From positions 2,848,001-2,912,000 of the forward strand of contig CBDFJF010000002.1 in NCBI GenBank assembly GCA_965248265.1: DNA of 64,000 nt. The letters are read 5' to 3'. The stretch comes from Candidatus Latescibacterota bacterium. GTDB taxonomy: Bacteria; Latescibacterota; UBA2968; UBA8231. Of the stretch, positions 8,597 through 18,721 are shown piece by piece. A program made the position numbers and the translations under genes. Position 1 is the first letter of the stretch, and each line of letters begins with the position of its first letter. The notes beneath the pieces were generated by a model, which worked only from the letters and a program-made list of their open reading frames with translations, was not told the origin of the DNA and made no database searches.

Positions 8597-10561
8597 ATGA
8601 ACGAATTTCTTAAAACCCAGTGGGTCTTATTGTTTTGCTTTACGTTTAGTGTTAGAGCAATCTCCATTTTTGGCCTCTACTTTCTGGACACTCCTTTCGG
8701 AGACAAGATTGCAGACAATTGGAGACGGTTCCTTCCCCATACAATCGTCTTTGAAGCTGGACTTATCGCAGCCCTATTTGTTTTGTTCAGAGTTCTCGTT
8801 CACGGACTCAACTATCAGGAAGCCATAAGCAAACGCCTCTCTTCCCTTCTGCTTTATGCCCTTTCTATCCTCCTGGGCTTCCACATTATCCTTGCTCAAA
8901 TCGACAACGAGGTTATGCGCTGGTTGGGTCAGCATCTGAATATCGTCTGGCTCAAAACCTACGCGAGCAATCCAGATATTCCCATGATGATGAAGATATA
9001 TGCGGATGATATCATCGGAGTCGCATTTTCAATTTCATGTATGCTCCTGGCTGTCGCCCCAACTTTCTATTTATTGATAAAACGCCCTGAACCCAGCCAT
9101 GTAAGCTACCGGGGGACCTTATTGTTCTTAGTGATTGCAATTGTCGGCCTTACCTCCAAAGTCTGGCTCGATCCATCCAAGATGAGATGGAGAAAAATTC
9201 AACCTGCAACCCTGGGGCTTCTTCTGGATATACAGGAGACGCAAATCAACAGGGGTCCGGAACAGACAAAGCAAGATTTGAGAACATTCTACTCTCTATT
9301 CTATCCACCTAAAAACAAGGCAGATATAGATACGGAAAATCCGTTCTACAATGAGATCAATGCAACCGACTCGACGCTACAAGATCATCTTGCGAATCGG
9401 AAAAGGCCGAATATTGTCTTGATCATCATGGAATCAGTACAGGGCTGGTCCTTTGACTTGAGAGACAACCTGGTTCAGAAAACACTCCCAAACATAACAG
9501 CTCTATTCAAAGAACGCGGCGAATTCTTCCCCAAATGTTTCTCCACCGGGTATCCCTCGGTAGAGGGGTTTTCATCTCTGCATCTGGGAGTACTCACTCC
9601 ACCCAACGGCATCTTTTTGACAAATTACGCGTCAATAAGAACACGCTCAATCGCAGAAATTTTGAGTGAGAGTGGAGGTTATAGTAGTCAAATCTTAACA
9701 GGTGCTGAGCCCAGCTTCGACAATCTCTATCATTCTTTCAGGTCATGGTATGACCAGCATGAATATGACCCCAAAAAGTCGGACGACCTGTCCATGGCAA
9801 ACTGGCTTGTCGAAACTCATGAGGCTGATAGAAAAGAGCCACACTTTCTGACATGGATGACTGCTTCTACACATCTCCCATTCAACATACCAGATCCGCC
9901 AAATCCAAACACAACTGATATGGGAGAGAAGTATGTCATGGCCTTGCAGTTCATGGATAAATCCATCGGCCACTATATCTCCCACCTGAAAAAGGGTCAC
10001 GAATGGGACAACACCTGGATTATTATGGTTGGCGATCACTCCGTTGCCAATTCGTGGCTGCGAAAGAATATTGACGAACTTGGAAGCTTGAATCTTGGAC
10101 ACCTGTGGACTTCTATGCTAATCGCAGGACCAGGAGTTGTGGAGAGCAAGGTTAGAACAGAATCCGTATCACACTTTGATGTCGCCCCCACAATTATGGC
10201 ACTATCAGGAATTCGTACACCGAATCATTTTCTGGGTGTTGACCTGAGAGACAGATCCCTTACACGTGAATTTTATGACACTCGCTATCTGATGGGATTT
10301 CATTTCAACAACGCAAGTATTGGGCGTGGAAATACCTGGTTGAATTTCCATATGGCGGACAAGGATTACGTGAAAAAATTTGATTTGAGCGAAGTGTTCG
10401 AGAACCAGAGCACGTATCCATCTCACGCCTCCAGAATCAGAGATTTCCATCATGGAATGCCCTTAAGAGTAACCAGGGACGATCTGGCGTTAGTCCAAAG
10501 GGGTCGTACTGCGGGAGGCATTTGGGAATGGTATCTTCGGAACAATAAACTGATGAAATAG
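8597..10561 (+). CDS. LTA-synthase-family / sulfatase-like membrane protein
   Basis: About five N-terminal TM segments, then RPNIVLIIMES, STHLPF, MVGDH and VSHFDVAPTI of the alkaline-phosphatase superfamily. Confidence 0.85.
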   Translation: MNEFLKTQWVLLFCFTFSVRAISIFGLYFLDTPFGDKIADNWRRFLPHTIVFEAGLIAALFVLFRVLVHGLNYQEAISKRLSSLLLYALSILLGFHIILAQIDNEVMRWLGQHLNIVWLKTYASNPDIPMMMKIYADDIIGVAFSISCMLLAVAPTFYLLIKRPEPSHVSYRGTLLFLVIAIVGLTSKVWLDPSKMRWRKIQPATLGLLLDIQETQINRGPEQTKQDLRTFYSLFYPPKNKADIDTENPFYNEINATDSTLQDHLANRKRPNIVLIIMESVQGWSFDLRDNLVQKTLPNITALFKERGEFFPKCFSTGYPSVEGFSSLHLGVLTPPNGIFLTNYASIRTRSIAEILSESGGYSSQILTGAEPSFDNLYHSFRSWYDQHEYDPKKSDDLSMANWLVETHEADRKEPHFLTWMTASTHLPFNIPDPPNPNTTDMGEKYVMALQFMDKSIGHYISHLKKGHEWDNTWIIMVGDHSVANSWLRKNIDELGSLNLGHLWTSMLIAGPGVVESKVRTESVSHFDVAPTIMALSGIRTPNHFLGVDLRDRSLTREFYDTRYLMGFHFNNASIGRGNTWLNFHMADKDYVKKFDLSEVFENQSTYPSHASRIRDFHHGMPLRVTRDDLALVQRGRTAGGIWEWYLRNNKLMK

Positions 10562-10609
10562 GGTATCGACCCGAGCTCCTCGGCGGCCGAGCTTGCCCTT
10601 TTCCTTTCT

Positions 10610-13339
10610 TCAAAAACCAAATAGCTGCAACCAGTTTCGCGAAGGCGTAATCATCTTTTTACGCGTCTTGAACTCACTCGCTAGATTATCGTCCGTGATC
10701 AGGTAGGGTAGGTTCCCTTGACTCAAGTAATCATGTCTCTTGTTGCTCAGGTCCGAGCTGGCCATGTCGTGAAGTAACCTCACCATTTGCGGATCGTCAT
10801 ACTCTGAAATTGGCCTGTCGTGATACTTGAATCTAAGCAAGTTGCGTCTCTTCAATTCCGCACTGCTTGGAAACGGACGGTCGCTTGCGGCGATGAAGTT
10901 TGAGTAACGCGTTACATAGTCAAAAACGTGAGCAGCGGTATAGGGTATATCCCACGAATTGGTGGTGTTGTAGTAGATGACTCCGCCTTCGTTCAGGTGT
11001 GCTTTACAGAGCTCCAGGAACTCCTTTGAAATGAGGTTGTTTATCTGATCCCGCCAATGATAGGTCGTATTCATCAATATGAAATCGAATTTCCTGTCCG
11101 GGTGCCGCTTCAACCATCTTCTTCCGTCGTCGAAGTGAAGCCGTACCTTCGGATCGCTTAGCGCTGATCTCTGTTCGGGATAGTTCTGAATTATCTTCTG
11201 GTATCCCGGGTTGATTTCTACGATATCCAACCGTTCCACAGCTTCATGAGAGGCGATCACCTTTGCCCAGGAAGCGCTGCTCAAACCTATTTCCAGTACA
11301 TGCCTGGGCTGAAGATGCAATGCCCCCATCATATAGGCTCGGTCGATCATGTTGCGATTGCGGATGAGGTCCGTGTTGAATCGACCATCGTAACTACCGC
11401 CGCCAGCGATCTTGTCGTCTCCACCCTCCTGCCCGACCACATGGACGATTCCGTACCGGCTCTGGCTCTCAAACTTGAAGGAACCGTTCTCTGCGTAATT
11501 ACGCTTGTGATACAGGCGTTCCAGCAGGTCGAAGTACAGCGGCTGATGCGTCAAGAAGAGGAGAATGGCGACGCAGCCGATACCGACGACGGTTTTGCCC
11601 GTGTGGTCACTCCGTCGCCTGGAGCAGAACCAGAGAATGGCGCCAAAGGAGCAATAGAAAACGGACAGGAGATGAATATTCTGCTCTATGGACAGCCAGT
11701 TTAGCAGGAAGAACCCTGTCAACGACGATCCGACTGTGGAGCCGACTATGTTCAGACAGTATATCCATGAGACAGAAAGACCGACGTGGGCATAGGACGT
11801 TATCGCGTAATGTGCCAGCATGGGCAAGACGGCCCCTGTCCAGAACGCAATGCCGCCGACACCGATAAACATCAACGGTACGCCGGCCCATCCGATGACT
11901 CCGACGATTCTTCCCGTGACCGGAATCAGAAGAAAATAGGACAGGGATGACGCGACGATGAAGGTGGAGACGATGTTCAACACCCTGTCTTTGTGTTCTT
12001 CACATATCTGATTGGCCTTGAGCGCGCCCAGGGCAATGCCGATCAGGAAGAAGCCAAGTACCAGGGGAAAGACTGTGGCTCGACCACCGGTTGTGAAGGA
12101 GATCAATCGAACCCAAAGAATCTCCTGGCTCAGAGAGACGAAGCCGACCGTGAACGAGACCATCAGCATCAGGATGTAGCGAAAATCGACACTTGCTACC
12201 CGTTTCGCCGGAGCGGGATCCAGAGGGCTCCTACCTTCCTCTTCCTTAGGGTTGCGTACGAATTTATATGCTACGTAGGCGACCCCGAAGTTGATTGCCG
12301 CTGCCACATTGCACGAATCCTTGAGGCCCAGGAAAAGAAATATGAGATAGGCACAGGCGAAACAGGCAAGTGCCGATCCCAGGGTATTGGCAAAATAGAG
12401 AACGGAAAGGGACCTGCCGACGTTTCGATACGCCTTGTATAGATGGCTGACCAGAATCGGCAAGGTGGCCCCCATGAACAACGTTGGAACGAACAGGAGC
12501 CCATAGGTGGTAACCGATATGGTCAACAGGGAACCGTGAATGGTAGCCTGAGTGACAGCGCTGATCAGTCCTATACTGAAGAGGCCGAACAGGCCGATAA
12601 GCAGTTCGCACGCCACGAACAGGTGCGGCAGATGGTGCGGGAATCTTTTTGATAGTGCTCCTCCAGCCAACGCTCCGATACCGAGGCCAAACATGAATAT
12701 GGAAACGATGACTGTTACCGATTCAATGTTGACTCCAAAGGCCTGGAAGAGCGCGCGTTGCCAAACCATCTGATAGATCAGCGCCGCGAAACCCGAGCAA
12801 AAAAAGAGCGCTACCAGCCAGCGGCTCTCAGTCGGGATTGCGGCATGTGTATTCGGGTCTTTGCCGTCGTTGCACCTGTATATGAGCGTGAGTTGCAACA
12901 AGGCAAATGCAACCAGCAACAGGCCGGTATCGACGTATACTCCGACCAAACCCAGCAAAGAGAGGAGGAAAACGGCGTATGTAAGCCTGTCGTATCGAAC
13001 ATACCTCTCTTTGTAAGAGCCAAGCCGGAGGACCCTGAACAGCAGGGTCCTTATCAGCACACGGACGACAAGAAAGGTGAGAGCCATGAGAATCGGGGAG
13101 ATGAGCAACCGCGCCGTCATCTCGTGCTCTTCCCAGCGTCCGTTCGCGGCGAAATCTACGAGAGAGGAATCATGGGGGTACCATTTGTCGTTGGTGAACC
13201 AGTGCAGTTGCACCGAAAATCCCATGGCCAAACCGGACAGGGCGAAGACGAGCTCGAAAACCCATGACTGGGCGGTACGGAAACTGGTTCTCATGCTCTC
13301 CAGATGCGCCTTCCGCAGCGGTTGTGTCTCTTGGCACAC
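10610..13339 (-). CDS. Fused multi-TM / spermidine-synthase-like protein with an extra N-terminal TM block
   Basis: FFCSGFAALIYQMVWQR, LYFANTLGS, VLEIGLSSASW, IVEINP, DDGRRWL, KFDFI, LITDDN. Confidence 0.85.
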   Translation of the reverse strand: MCQETQPLRKAHLESMRTSFRTAQSWVFELVFALSGLAMGFSVQLHWFTNDKWYPHDSSLVDFAANGRWEEHEMTARLLISPILMALTFLVVRVLIRTLLFRVLRLGSYKERYVRYDRLTYAVFLLSLLGLVGVYVDTGLLLVAFALLQLTLIYRCNDGKDPNTHAAIPTESRWLVALFFCSGFAALIYQMVWQRALFQAFGVNIESVTVIVSIFMFGLGIGALAGGALSKRFPHHLPHLFVACELLIGLFGLFSIGLISAVTQATIHGSLLTISVTTYGLLFVPTLFMGATLPILVSHLYKAYRNVGRSLSVLYFANTLGSALACFACAYLIFLFLGLKDSCNVAAAINFGVAYVAYKFVRNPKEEEGRSPLDPAPAKRVASVDFRYILMLMVSFTVGFVSLSQEILWVRLISFTTGGRATVFPLVLGFFLIGIALGALKANQICEEHKDRVLNIVSTFIVASSLSYFLLIPVTGRIVGVIGWAGVPLMFIGVGGIAFWTGAVLPMLAHYAITSYAHVGLSVSWIYCLNIVGSTVGSSLTGFFLLNWLSIEQNIHLLSVFYCSFGAILWFCSRRRSDHTGKTVVGIGCVAILLFLTHQPLYFDLLERLYHKRNYAENGSFKFESQSRYGIVHVVGQEGGDDKIAGGGSYDGRFNTDLIRNRNMIDRAYMMGALHLQPRHVLEIGLSSASWAKVIASHEAVERLDIVEINPGYQKIIQNYPEQRSALSDPKVRLHFDDGRRWLKRHPDRKFDFILMNTTYHWRDQINNLISKEFLELCKAHLNEGGVIYYNTTNSWDIPYTAAHVFDYVTRYSNFIAASDRPFPSSAELKRRNLLRFKYHDRPISEYDDPQMVRLLHDMASSDLSNKRHDYLSQGNLPYLITDDNLASEFKTRKKMITPSRNWLQLFGF

Positions 13340-13380
13340 GAAAGTGGGTGGATTTCTTGCAAACTGGCAGCGTACAAATC

Positions 13381-13440
13381 GTATTTGACGATGAGCTCAA
13401 CGTCGTCGATGCTGATCTCGCCCCCAAAGCCCTCGGGTCT
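13381..13440 (-). pseudogene. C-terminal relic of a GHL10-like protein
   Basis: RPEGFGGEISIDDVELIVKY resembles the C-terminus of 15902-17488 (RNPRVASPLKLTDVELVVRY). Confidence 0.5.
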
Positions 13441-13462
13441 GCCTATAGCGTAGCGATCTGCT

Positions 13463-13798
13463 CTACATGAACTCGACCGGCGCTGGTGATGGGAAGTGGA
13501 CGATGTCACCGGTCAGCGCCAGCAGGTCCAGGTTTTCTGTCGATGCCTGTGCCATCGGCTGTCGAAAAGGTTTCTCCGGGTCAGGTTCAGTGCCCCGTTC
13601 CCGATGCATCTTTTCAAGACGTTGGCGATGGTCGACGCATCCCTGGAAGCGTTCACCATCTCGTTCATCGAAAAATCGTAAATGAGTGTCCGTCAAATGC
13701 AGCATTCGCACCGGAGCCGCCAGCCCTTCAATTCCTATAGTCGCGCTGTCATCGGTGAAGCTGTGGACGACACGCATCAGGGCACTCCGTCCAGTCAT
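13463..13798 (-). pseudogene. N-terminal fragment of a calcineurin-like metallophosphoesterase
   Basis: LHLTDTH and LTGDIV present; GNH(D/E) and GHxH motifs absent. Coupled to the creatininase stop by ATGA. Confidence 0.75.
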
Positions 13799-14535
13799 AG
13801 CCGGCCTTCCTGGATGTCTCTGACGACCTCGACCAGCGCGTCGGCGGCCGCATCCAGCATGCGATCTCCCTTCTCCTTGGTGCCGAAGGTGGGATCTCCG
13901 TGAACTCCGTGCTCGGATATCTCGTCCAATCGCAGAAACTGAGCCACATCATCTCCGTGGGCTGACTCGGGATGGAACCCATCCATTCCGGGAAGATCCG
14001 GCTTCACCAGATCAGGGCGGATCTGCATGATCATGGAGGTCTCCATCTCGCCGGCATGTCCCCAGCCGCGGGGGCCGGCCTCTCGGATCTGTTCCAGCCG
14101 CTCGTGCGCCACTTTCCAGTATGAAACACCAAAGACCCGAGACTCGGCATATTGCTCCTTGAGCTTTTGCAGGGTCACGGCCATGTCGGCCTCATTGCCT
14201 CCGTGGCCATTGACGATCATCACCCTGGGAAACCCGGAGTCGAGCAGGCAACCGACAGTCTCACTCATCAGGTTGATGTGGGTCTCCGATGTCGCAGTAA
14301 GGCAGCCGAGGCGATGGTGGTGGTAGGAGTAGCCCAACCACTGAGTCGGCAGGCAGACCACCTCGTTTGGCAGGCGTTGATCGAGGCGGTCGACTATTTC
14401 CTGCGTTTCCAGCGTATCAGTCAGGAAGGGAAGATGGGGTCCATGCTGTTCGAACGAAGCGATCGGGTACACCGGCACCAGGTTGCTCTTGTCCAGTGCC
14501 TTCAATTCAGGCCAGGTCATTTCACCGAGCTTCAT
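13795..14535 (-). CDS. Creatininase family amidohydrolase
   Basis: MKLGEMTW...EQHGPHLPFLTD...NGHGGN...HAGEMETS...GDPTFGTKEKG; SD AGGAG upstream. Confidence 0.93.
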   Translation of the reverse strand: MKLGEMTWPELKALDKSNLVPVYPIASFEQHGPHLPFLTDTLETQEIVDRLDQRLPNEVVCLPTQWLGYSYHHHRLGCLTATSETHINLMSETVGCLLDSGFPRVMIVNGHGGNEADMAVTLQKLKEQYAESRVFGVSYWKVAHERLEQIREAGPRGWGHAGEMETSMIMQIRPDLVKPDLPGMDGFHPESAHGDDVAQFLRLDEISEHGVHGDPTFGTKEKGDRMLDAAADALVEVVRDIQEGRL

Positions 14536-14620
14536 GGTCGTAATTCTCCTGTCTGACGGTCGGCGATGAGGCCATTTCGCTGTGTCCGGCCACTCTGGGC
14601 ACATCCAGTGCCCGGCTGCC

Positions 14621-15868
14621 TCATCCATGCCCTTCGAGCGCGGCTCCACACTCTTCGACTCGTGCCATCATGGCCTTGAAGTCGGCGGAGCCATCATCAT
14701 CCCAGTACTCGGTTTTCAACGGCGACACGAAGCTCATCGGCATCAACATGCGGCTCCAGTCCGGACGGACCATGAAGTGTGGGTTTTCAGGGTCCGGTCG
14801 GGTGTAGAGTATCGCTCCGTTGTCGTACTTACAGACGATCAGGAACTTCGGTTTTTTCGTCGGCTCGACCTGCGTGAGGCGCTCCACCTCTTTTATGTCC
14901 AATTCGACACCGAGCCCCGGCCCTTCGGGTACCTGTATGAATCCGTTGATCGGTTCCAACGGCTTCGTCACGAAGCGCTCGCTGGAGACTTCACTGGTGG
15001 CGCTGACGAAGTGGAAGTTCGCTGAGGGGAAGGCCGCCATCATGTGAACGTTCATGGCGCGGGTGATGTCGCTGCCCGTGTTCTGCAGCATGAACGGGCT
15101 CTCACTGGCGGCGAATAGGCCTGCTTTGCGCACGGCATCACCGATTCTCGAATGCCCCAGCATGTAGGCATCAGCGGGCCGGCGGTAGATCTCGTAGGTG
15201 GCCTGGGTCGGGAAATGGTGCAGGACAATGGGCAGCCGTGAGCGTTGGCGGAGCTCGATGTAGCCGTCGACGTTCTCGCCGGGAAGAGGATCCTCGAAGC
15301 AGCCGGCGATTTCGTATTCGGCCAGCCTGTCGAGCAATCCCGGCATGTGATCCTCGGTGCCGTGCATAGTGAAATCGTAGTGCAGCCTGAACCCTTTGGG
15401 CGCCACCTTCTGCATCGCCTCGGTCTGATCGATCACGTTCTCGAACGGGGACAGGTGGAACTTCATCCAGGTGTGGCCCATCGCGGCGTAGGCCTGCACG
15501 GCCGCGGCCATGCGGTCGGGATGCGTGCTAACCGTCCACGCTGCCACCGGTACCCAGGACCGATGTTTCTGGCCGAAGAGTTTGTACACCGGCACCCCGA
15601 CGGCTTTGCCCATGAGGTCGTACATGGCCGTTCCCAACCCGAGGGAGGTCTCGTCGCCGACCCAGTCAAAGGGGTTGGAGCCGATGTACTGGTCCAGTAA
15701 TTCCTGCTCTGGAACCCCCTCGGACTCGCCGAGGCCGATCAAGCCGGTGTCCGTGTGCACGACGTAGATCGTGCGCTGGGTCATGTCGTGATAGTGCAGA
15801 AGTTCATAAGCCCGGGCTTCGTCGTACTGCAGCGTGACCCGGTGGATATCGATGTCGGTGATCTTCAA
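14621..15868 (-). CDS. Enolase-superfamily (mandelate racemase/MLE-like) enzyme
   Basis: MKITDI...HTDTGLIGLGE, AMYDLMGKAVGVPVYKLFG, FEDP, VPEGPGLGVELD. Confidence 0.88.
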   Translation of the reverse strand: MKITDIDIHRVTLQYDEARAYELLHYHDMTQRTIYVVHTDTGLIGLGESEGVPEQELLDQYIGSNPFDWVGDETSLGLGTAMYDLMGKAVGVPVYKLFGQKHRSWVPVAAWTVSTHPDRMAAAVQAYAAMGHTWMKFHLSPFENVIDQTEAMQKVAPKGFRLHYDFTMHGTEDHMPGLLDRLAEYEIAGCFEDPLPGENVDGYIELRQRSRLPIVLHHFPTQATYEIYRRPADAYMLGHSRIGDAVRKAGLFAASESPFMLQNTGSDITRAMNVHMMAAFPSANFHFVSATSEVSSERFVTKPLEPINGFIQVPEGPGLGVELDIKEVERLTQVEPTKKPKFLIVCKYDNGAILYTRPDPENPHFMVRPDWSRMLMPMSFVSPLKTEYWDDDGSADFKAMMARVEECGAALEGHG

Positions 15869-15901
15869 AATCTGATAACCCCTTGGTTGGGTATTAGTTG
15901 T

Positions 15902-17488
15902 CTAGTAACGCACGACGAGCTCGACGTCGGTAAGCTTCAAGGGACTCGCGACTCGCGGATTGCGGTCCTGCACAGCGACCCGAATCGTGTGCTCACCTGG
16001 AGACACCCCGGAATCAGTGAGATCCCAGCGCAGCCAAACCGCGGTGCTGACCTCGCCAATGGTTCGCCATTGCGGCGATGGCAGAAAGGCGCCGCCCGGG
16101 GGCGTGGAGCTGTCGAGCCTGCAATAGTCAATCTGTAGCGGTTCCAGCAATTCTCCGTCCCACCACACCTGTACCGCGTCTTTGTTCGTCCATTCGTCTA
16201 TCCGAATCCGCAGCTGCACCAGAGTCGGCTTGTGGGCGTTGAAGTCTTCGGCGATCTCCAGCGAGACAGTCGGTCCTTCGCCGGTCAACGTTCTGTCGAG
16301 GTCCACAGGCACCTGGCCGTAAATCCGATCGACGCGGAAGGCGCCCCGCCAGGCTCCATCCTTCTGTATGTAACGCTGAGTGGCCGCGTAGATCTTGTCC
16401 TGTGCAGCCAGCGTGTCGGGCGAACCGATCGTCGTCAGCAGTGGCCTCTTGGAATCGCGATTGGCGTGCCAGTTGAAGGCGTAGATTCCCGAGGCGCCGG
16501 CGCGATGGTAGCGGCTGGCGATGGCTTTGGTGCGCAGGCGATCCTTCTCGTCCTGTTCCTCCGGGCCGACGAAGGGGTCGGGGAGATTGCTGTCGAGGCC
16601 GGGGTAGACGGCGACATCGGTTCCTTCACACAGTATGGCGAATCCGGCGACATCGACACTGGCATCTGTTACCGCGTTGCCGGCGGGAATGATGATGTCG
16701 ACGAGACCCTCCTCGATCCAGATGGGGATGTCGTACCCGACCTGTCGGCACATCTCGAGTGATCCCGAGACTCGCGCCGCCAGGTACACCGGGCGGCCGC
16801 GTTCCTCCCCGTAGGCCTCGGTCATCTGGCGGATCGCCCGCTGCAGGTCGGTCAGCAGATAGCGCAGCCGATAGCCCTCGTGGTCGGGGAAGTGGAAGCC
16901 GTGACGCTGCCAGTCCAGTTCGACGCCATCCCAGTCATAGCGCCGGGCGATCTCCTCAACGTGGTTGAAGCGGCGCTCTCTGATTTCGGGAATGGCCATG
17001 TTCCACGACAGGGCAAACCACTCCGAGGTCCGGTCGCCGAGGACCCACTCCGGATGCTCATACCGCAGAGTCTCGACCTTGCCTGCGTTGTGCAGCGCCT
17101 CCAAGTCGGATACCTGGGCGCCGCTGAAGTGATTGTCGTTCATGCGCACGGAGGCGTAGACATCCAGACCCAGTTCGTGCCCCCGGGCGATCAGGCTCTT
17201 CTGCGGATCCTCGCCCCGGTCATACATCTGCAGAATGTTCTCAGTACGATTATAAGCCGCGGCGTTCGGGTAGGGACGTTCCCGTTCCTCGCCGATGAAC
17301 TCCACCACGTCACTGGGCCAGCGCGATCCTCGACCACCACAGCTCCAGAACAGTGCGCCGACCTGGGTCTCCTCGAGAGGCGCGTAGGCCTTGTCGAGAA
17401 ATTCGTCGATTGATTGCGGCGTTGGGGAGTAGCCGTGCGGGGCGCCATCCCAGTTGTAGATGATTCGGTAGCCCGGGGGATTCGGCAT
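15902..17488 (-). CDS. GHL10-like TIM-barrel protein with C-terminal beta-sandwich
   Basis: RIIYNWDG, YASVRMND, HPEW, YDWDGVELDWQR, GIYAFNW. Confidence 0.75.
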   Translation of the reverse strand: MPNPPGYRIIYNWDGAPHGYSPTPQSIDEFLDKAYAPLEETQVGALFWSCGGRGSRWPSDVVEFIGEERERPYPNAAAYNRTENILQMYDRGEDPQKSLIARGHELGLDVYASVRMNDNHFSGAQVSDLEALHNAGKVETLRYEHPEWVLGDRTSEWFALSWNMAIPEIRERRFNHVEEIARRYDWDGVELDWQRHGFHFPDHEGYRLRYLLTDLQRAIRQMTEAYGEERGRPVYLAARVSGSLEMCRQVGYDIPIWIEEGLVDIIIPAGNAVTDASVDVAGFAILCEGTDVAVYPGLDSNLPDPFVGPEEQDEKDRLRTKAIASRYHRAGASGIYAFNWHANRDSKRPLLTTIGSPDTLAAQDKIYAATQRYIQKDGAWRGAFRVDRIYGQVPVDLDRTLTGEGPTVSLEIAEDFNAHKPTLVQLRIRIDEWTNKDAVQVWWDGELLEPLQIDYCRLDSSTPPGGAFLPSPQWRTIGEVSTAVWLRWDLTDSGVSPGEHTIRVAVQDRNPRVASPLKLTDVELVVRY

Positions 17489-17491
17489 CGG

Positions 17492-18157
17492 TCATTCTTC
17501 CGCGCGTGCTCGGTGTCCGTCGTGGAATTGCGGCGAGTCAGCCGGCAGCCGCCGCGCGTTGGCGATCGGACGCTTTGCGACCACGCCGATGCCGGCCTGT
17601 TCAGCCGCTGGCAGCACCTCGTCGAGAGCGGTCTGGTTGAGGATATTGAAGGTCACCTGCACTGCGTCGAAGATGCCCATGGAGATCGCCTGCAGGGCGT
17701 CTTCATCGACGCCGCTATAGCCGATGTAGCGGACCTTGCCCGCATCACGGGCGCGCAGCAGAGCATCGGTGGCCTCGCCGGCACGCAGTATCTCTGCCGA
17801 GCAGGTGTGCAGGAAGACGAGATCCAAACACTGCAGTCCCATCCGCTCGAGCGAGCGATCGATACCGTGCTCGACAACTTCACGCGAATACTCCACGCCC
17901 TCTTCGCCGGGATTGACGCAGCCGCATTTGGTGGCCACGACGAATTCGCCCAGGCGCCCACTGAGGTAGCGGCCGATCATTTTCTCGCTCTGATTATAGC
18001 AGTCGGCAGTGTCGATGAAGGTGATGCCTAGCTCCAGCAGGCTGTCGAACAGGTTTTCAATCTGCTCGAGGGGAGCGCCGTCGCCGATGCTCGCCGCTCC
18101 AAATCCATGACGACTGACCTCGAGGTCGGTGGAACCGAGTTTGGCGTGCCTTTCCAA
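17492..18157 (-). pseudogene. Aldo/keto reductase, 3'-truncated
   Basis: LGSTDLEVSRHGFG, IDTADCY, ATKCG and LVFLH present, but it stops at 221 aa, before the ALRF...IxG...LxEN segment. Confidence 0.65.
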
Positions 18158-18242
18158 ATCAACAACCTCTCTCTATCATTTTCGCGGAATCTGTGACGGA
18201 AGAGTCGAAGATAGTCCAAGTGTCAGCGCGGTCCCAATGGCA

Positions 18243-18401
18243 TCACAGCCGCCATTTGGTAGCCATCAGGCAGGTCTTTTCACCAGCCTCATCCACTTGA
18301 TAGTAGACCGTCACGATGGAGCCATAAGACAGTTGCGTTGACGCGGGGTACCCCAGATCATCGTCATGCGCGGCTTGGAGGATACGTTGATTGTTCCACA
18401 T
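18243..18401 (-). pseudogene. C-terminal relic of a BNR/sialidase-like protein (not in ORF track)
   Basis: WNNQRILQAAHDDDLGYPASTQLSYGSIVTVYYQVDEAGEKTCLMATKWRL*; compare FGLPFADLLPNGDVLVVYY in 6985-8100. Confidence 0.7.
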
Positions 18402-18721
18402 CCGGATGATCCGCCAATCCCGGAAAACCGCTTGGGGGCGCTGCCCGCATCATGGTCAGAATCGAAAATTTTCAGCGAGTCTTCGATCTGGTGCCCAGCG
18501 ATGCCTACGGCATCTTGTTCTGCCAGGGCTGCGTAGCCGAGATGGGGGAGAATGTCCTCGAGGCCATTCGCTCCGCCATGGAGGCCTACCGGGATGTTGG
18601 CTTCGACGGGCCAATCATGATGGACCACACGCCCGGTGTTCCCAGCGACCCGTCGGGAATGGCCAGCCGGTCCTATTCCAACGGCTACATCAAGGCGTTG
18701 ATTCAGGCGGTATCTCGGTGA
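18399..18721 (+). pseudogene. uxuA: Mannonate dehydratase relic (frameshift and internal deletion)
   Basis: HPDDPPIP, frameshift, then PLGGAARIM...GILFCQGCVAEMG...EAIR joined directly to AMEAYRDVGFDGPIMMDHTP...GYIKALIQAV. The HFRN...DEG segment is missing. Confidence 0.75.

Larger units (their letters stand above)
8500..13380. other. AT-richer inserted island with two convergent membrane-enzyme genes
   Basis: Sample line 9301-9360 is 22/60 GC versus 39/60 at 7741-7800. Truncated genes on both flanks; boundaries approximate. Confidence 0.65.

Noticed and set aside
18391-18717. N-terminal extension of the HEAT ORF given in the track
   Set aside because: This stretch is the uxuA relic in another frame; the lipobox start at 18718 fits better.
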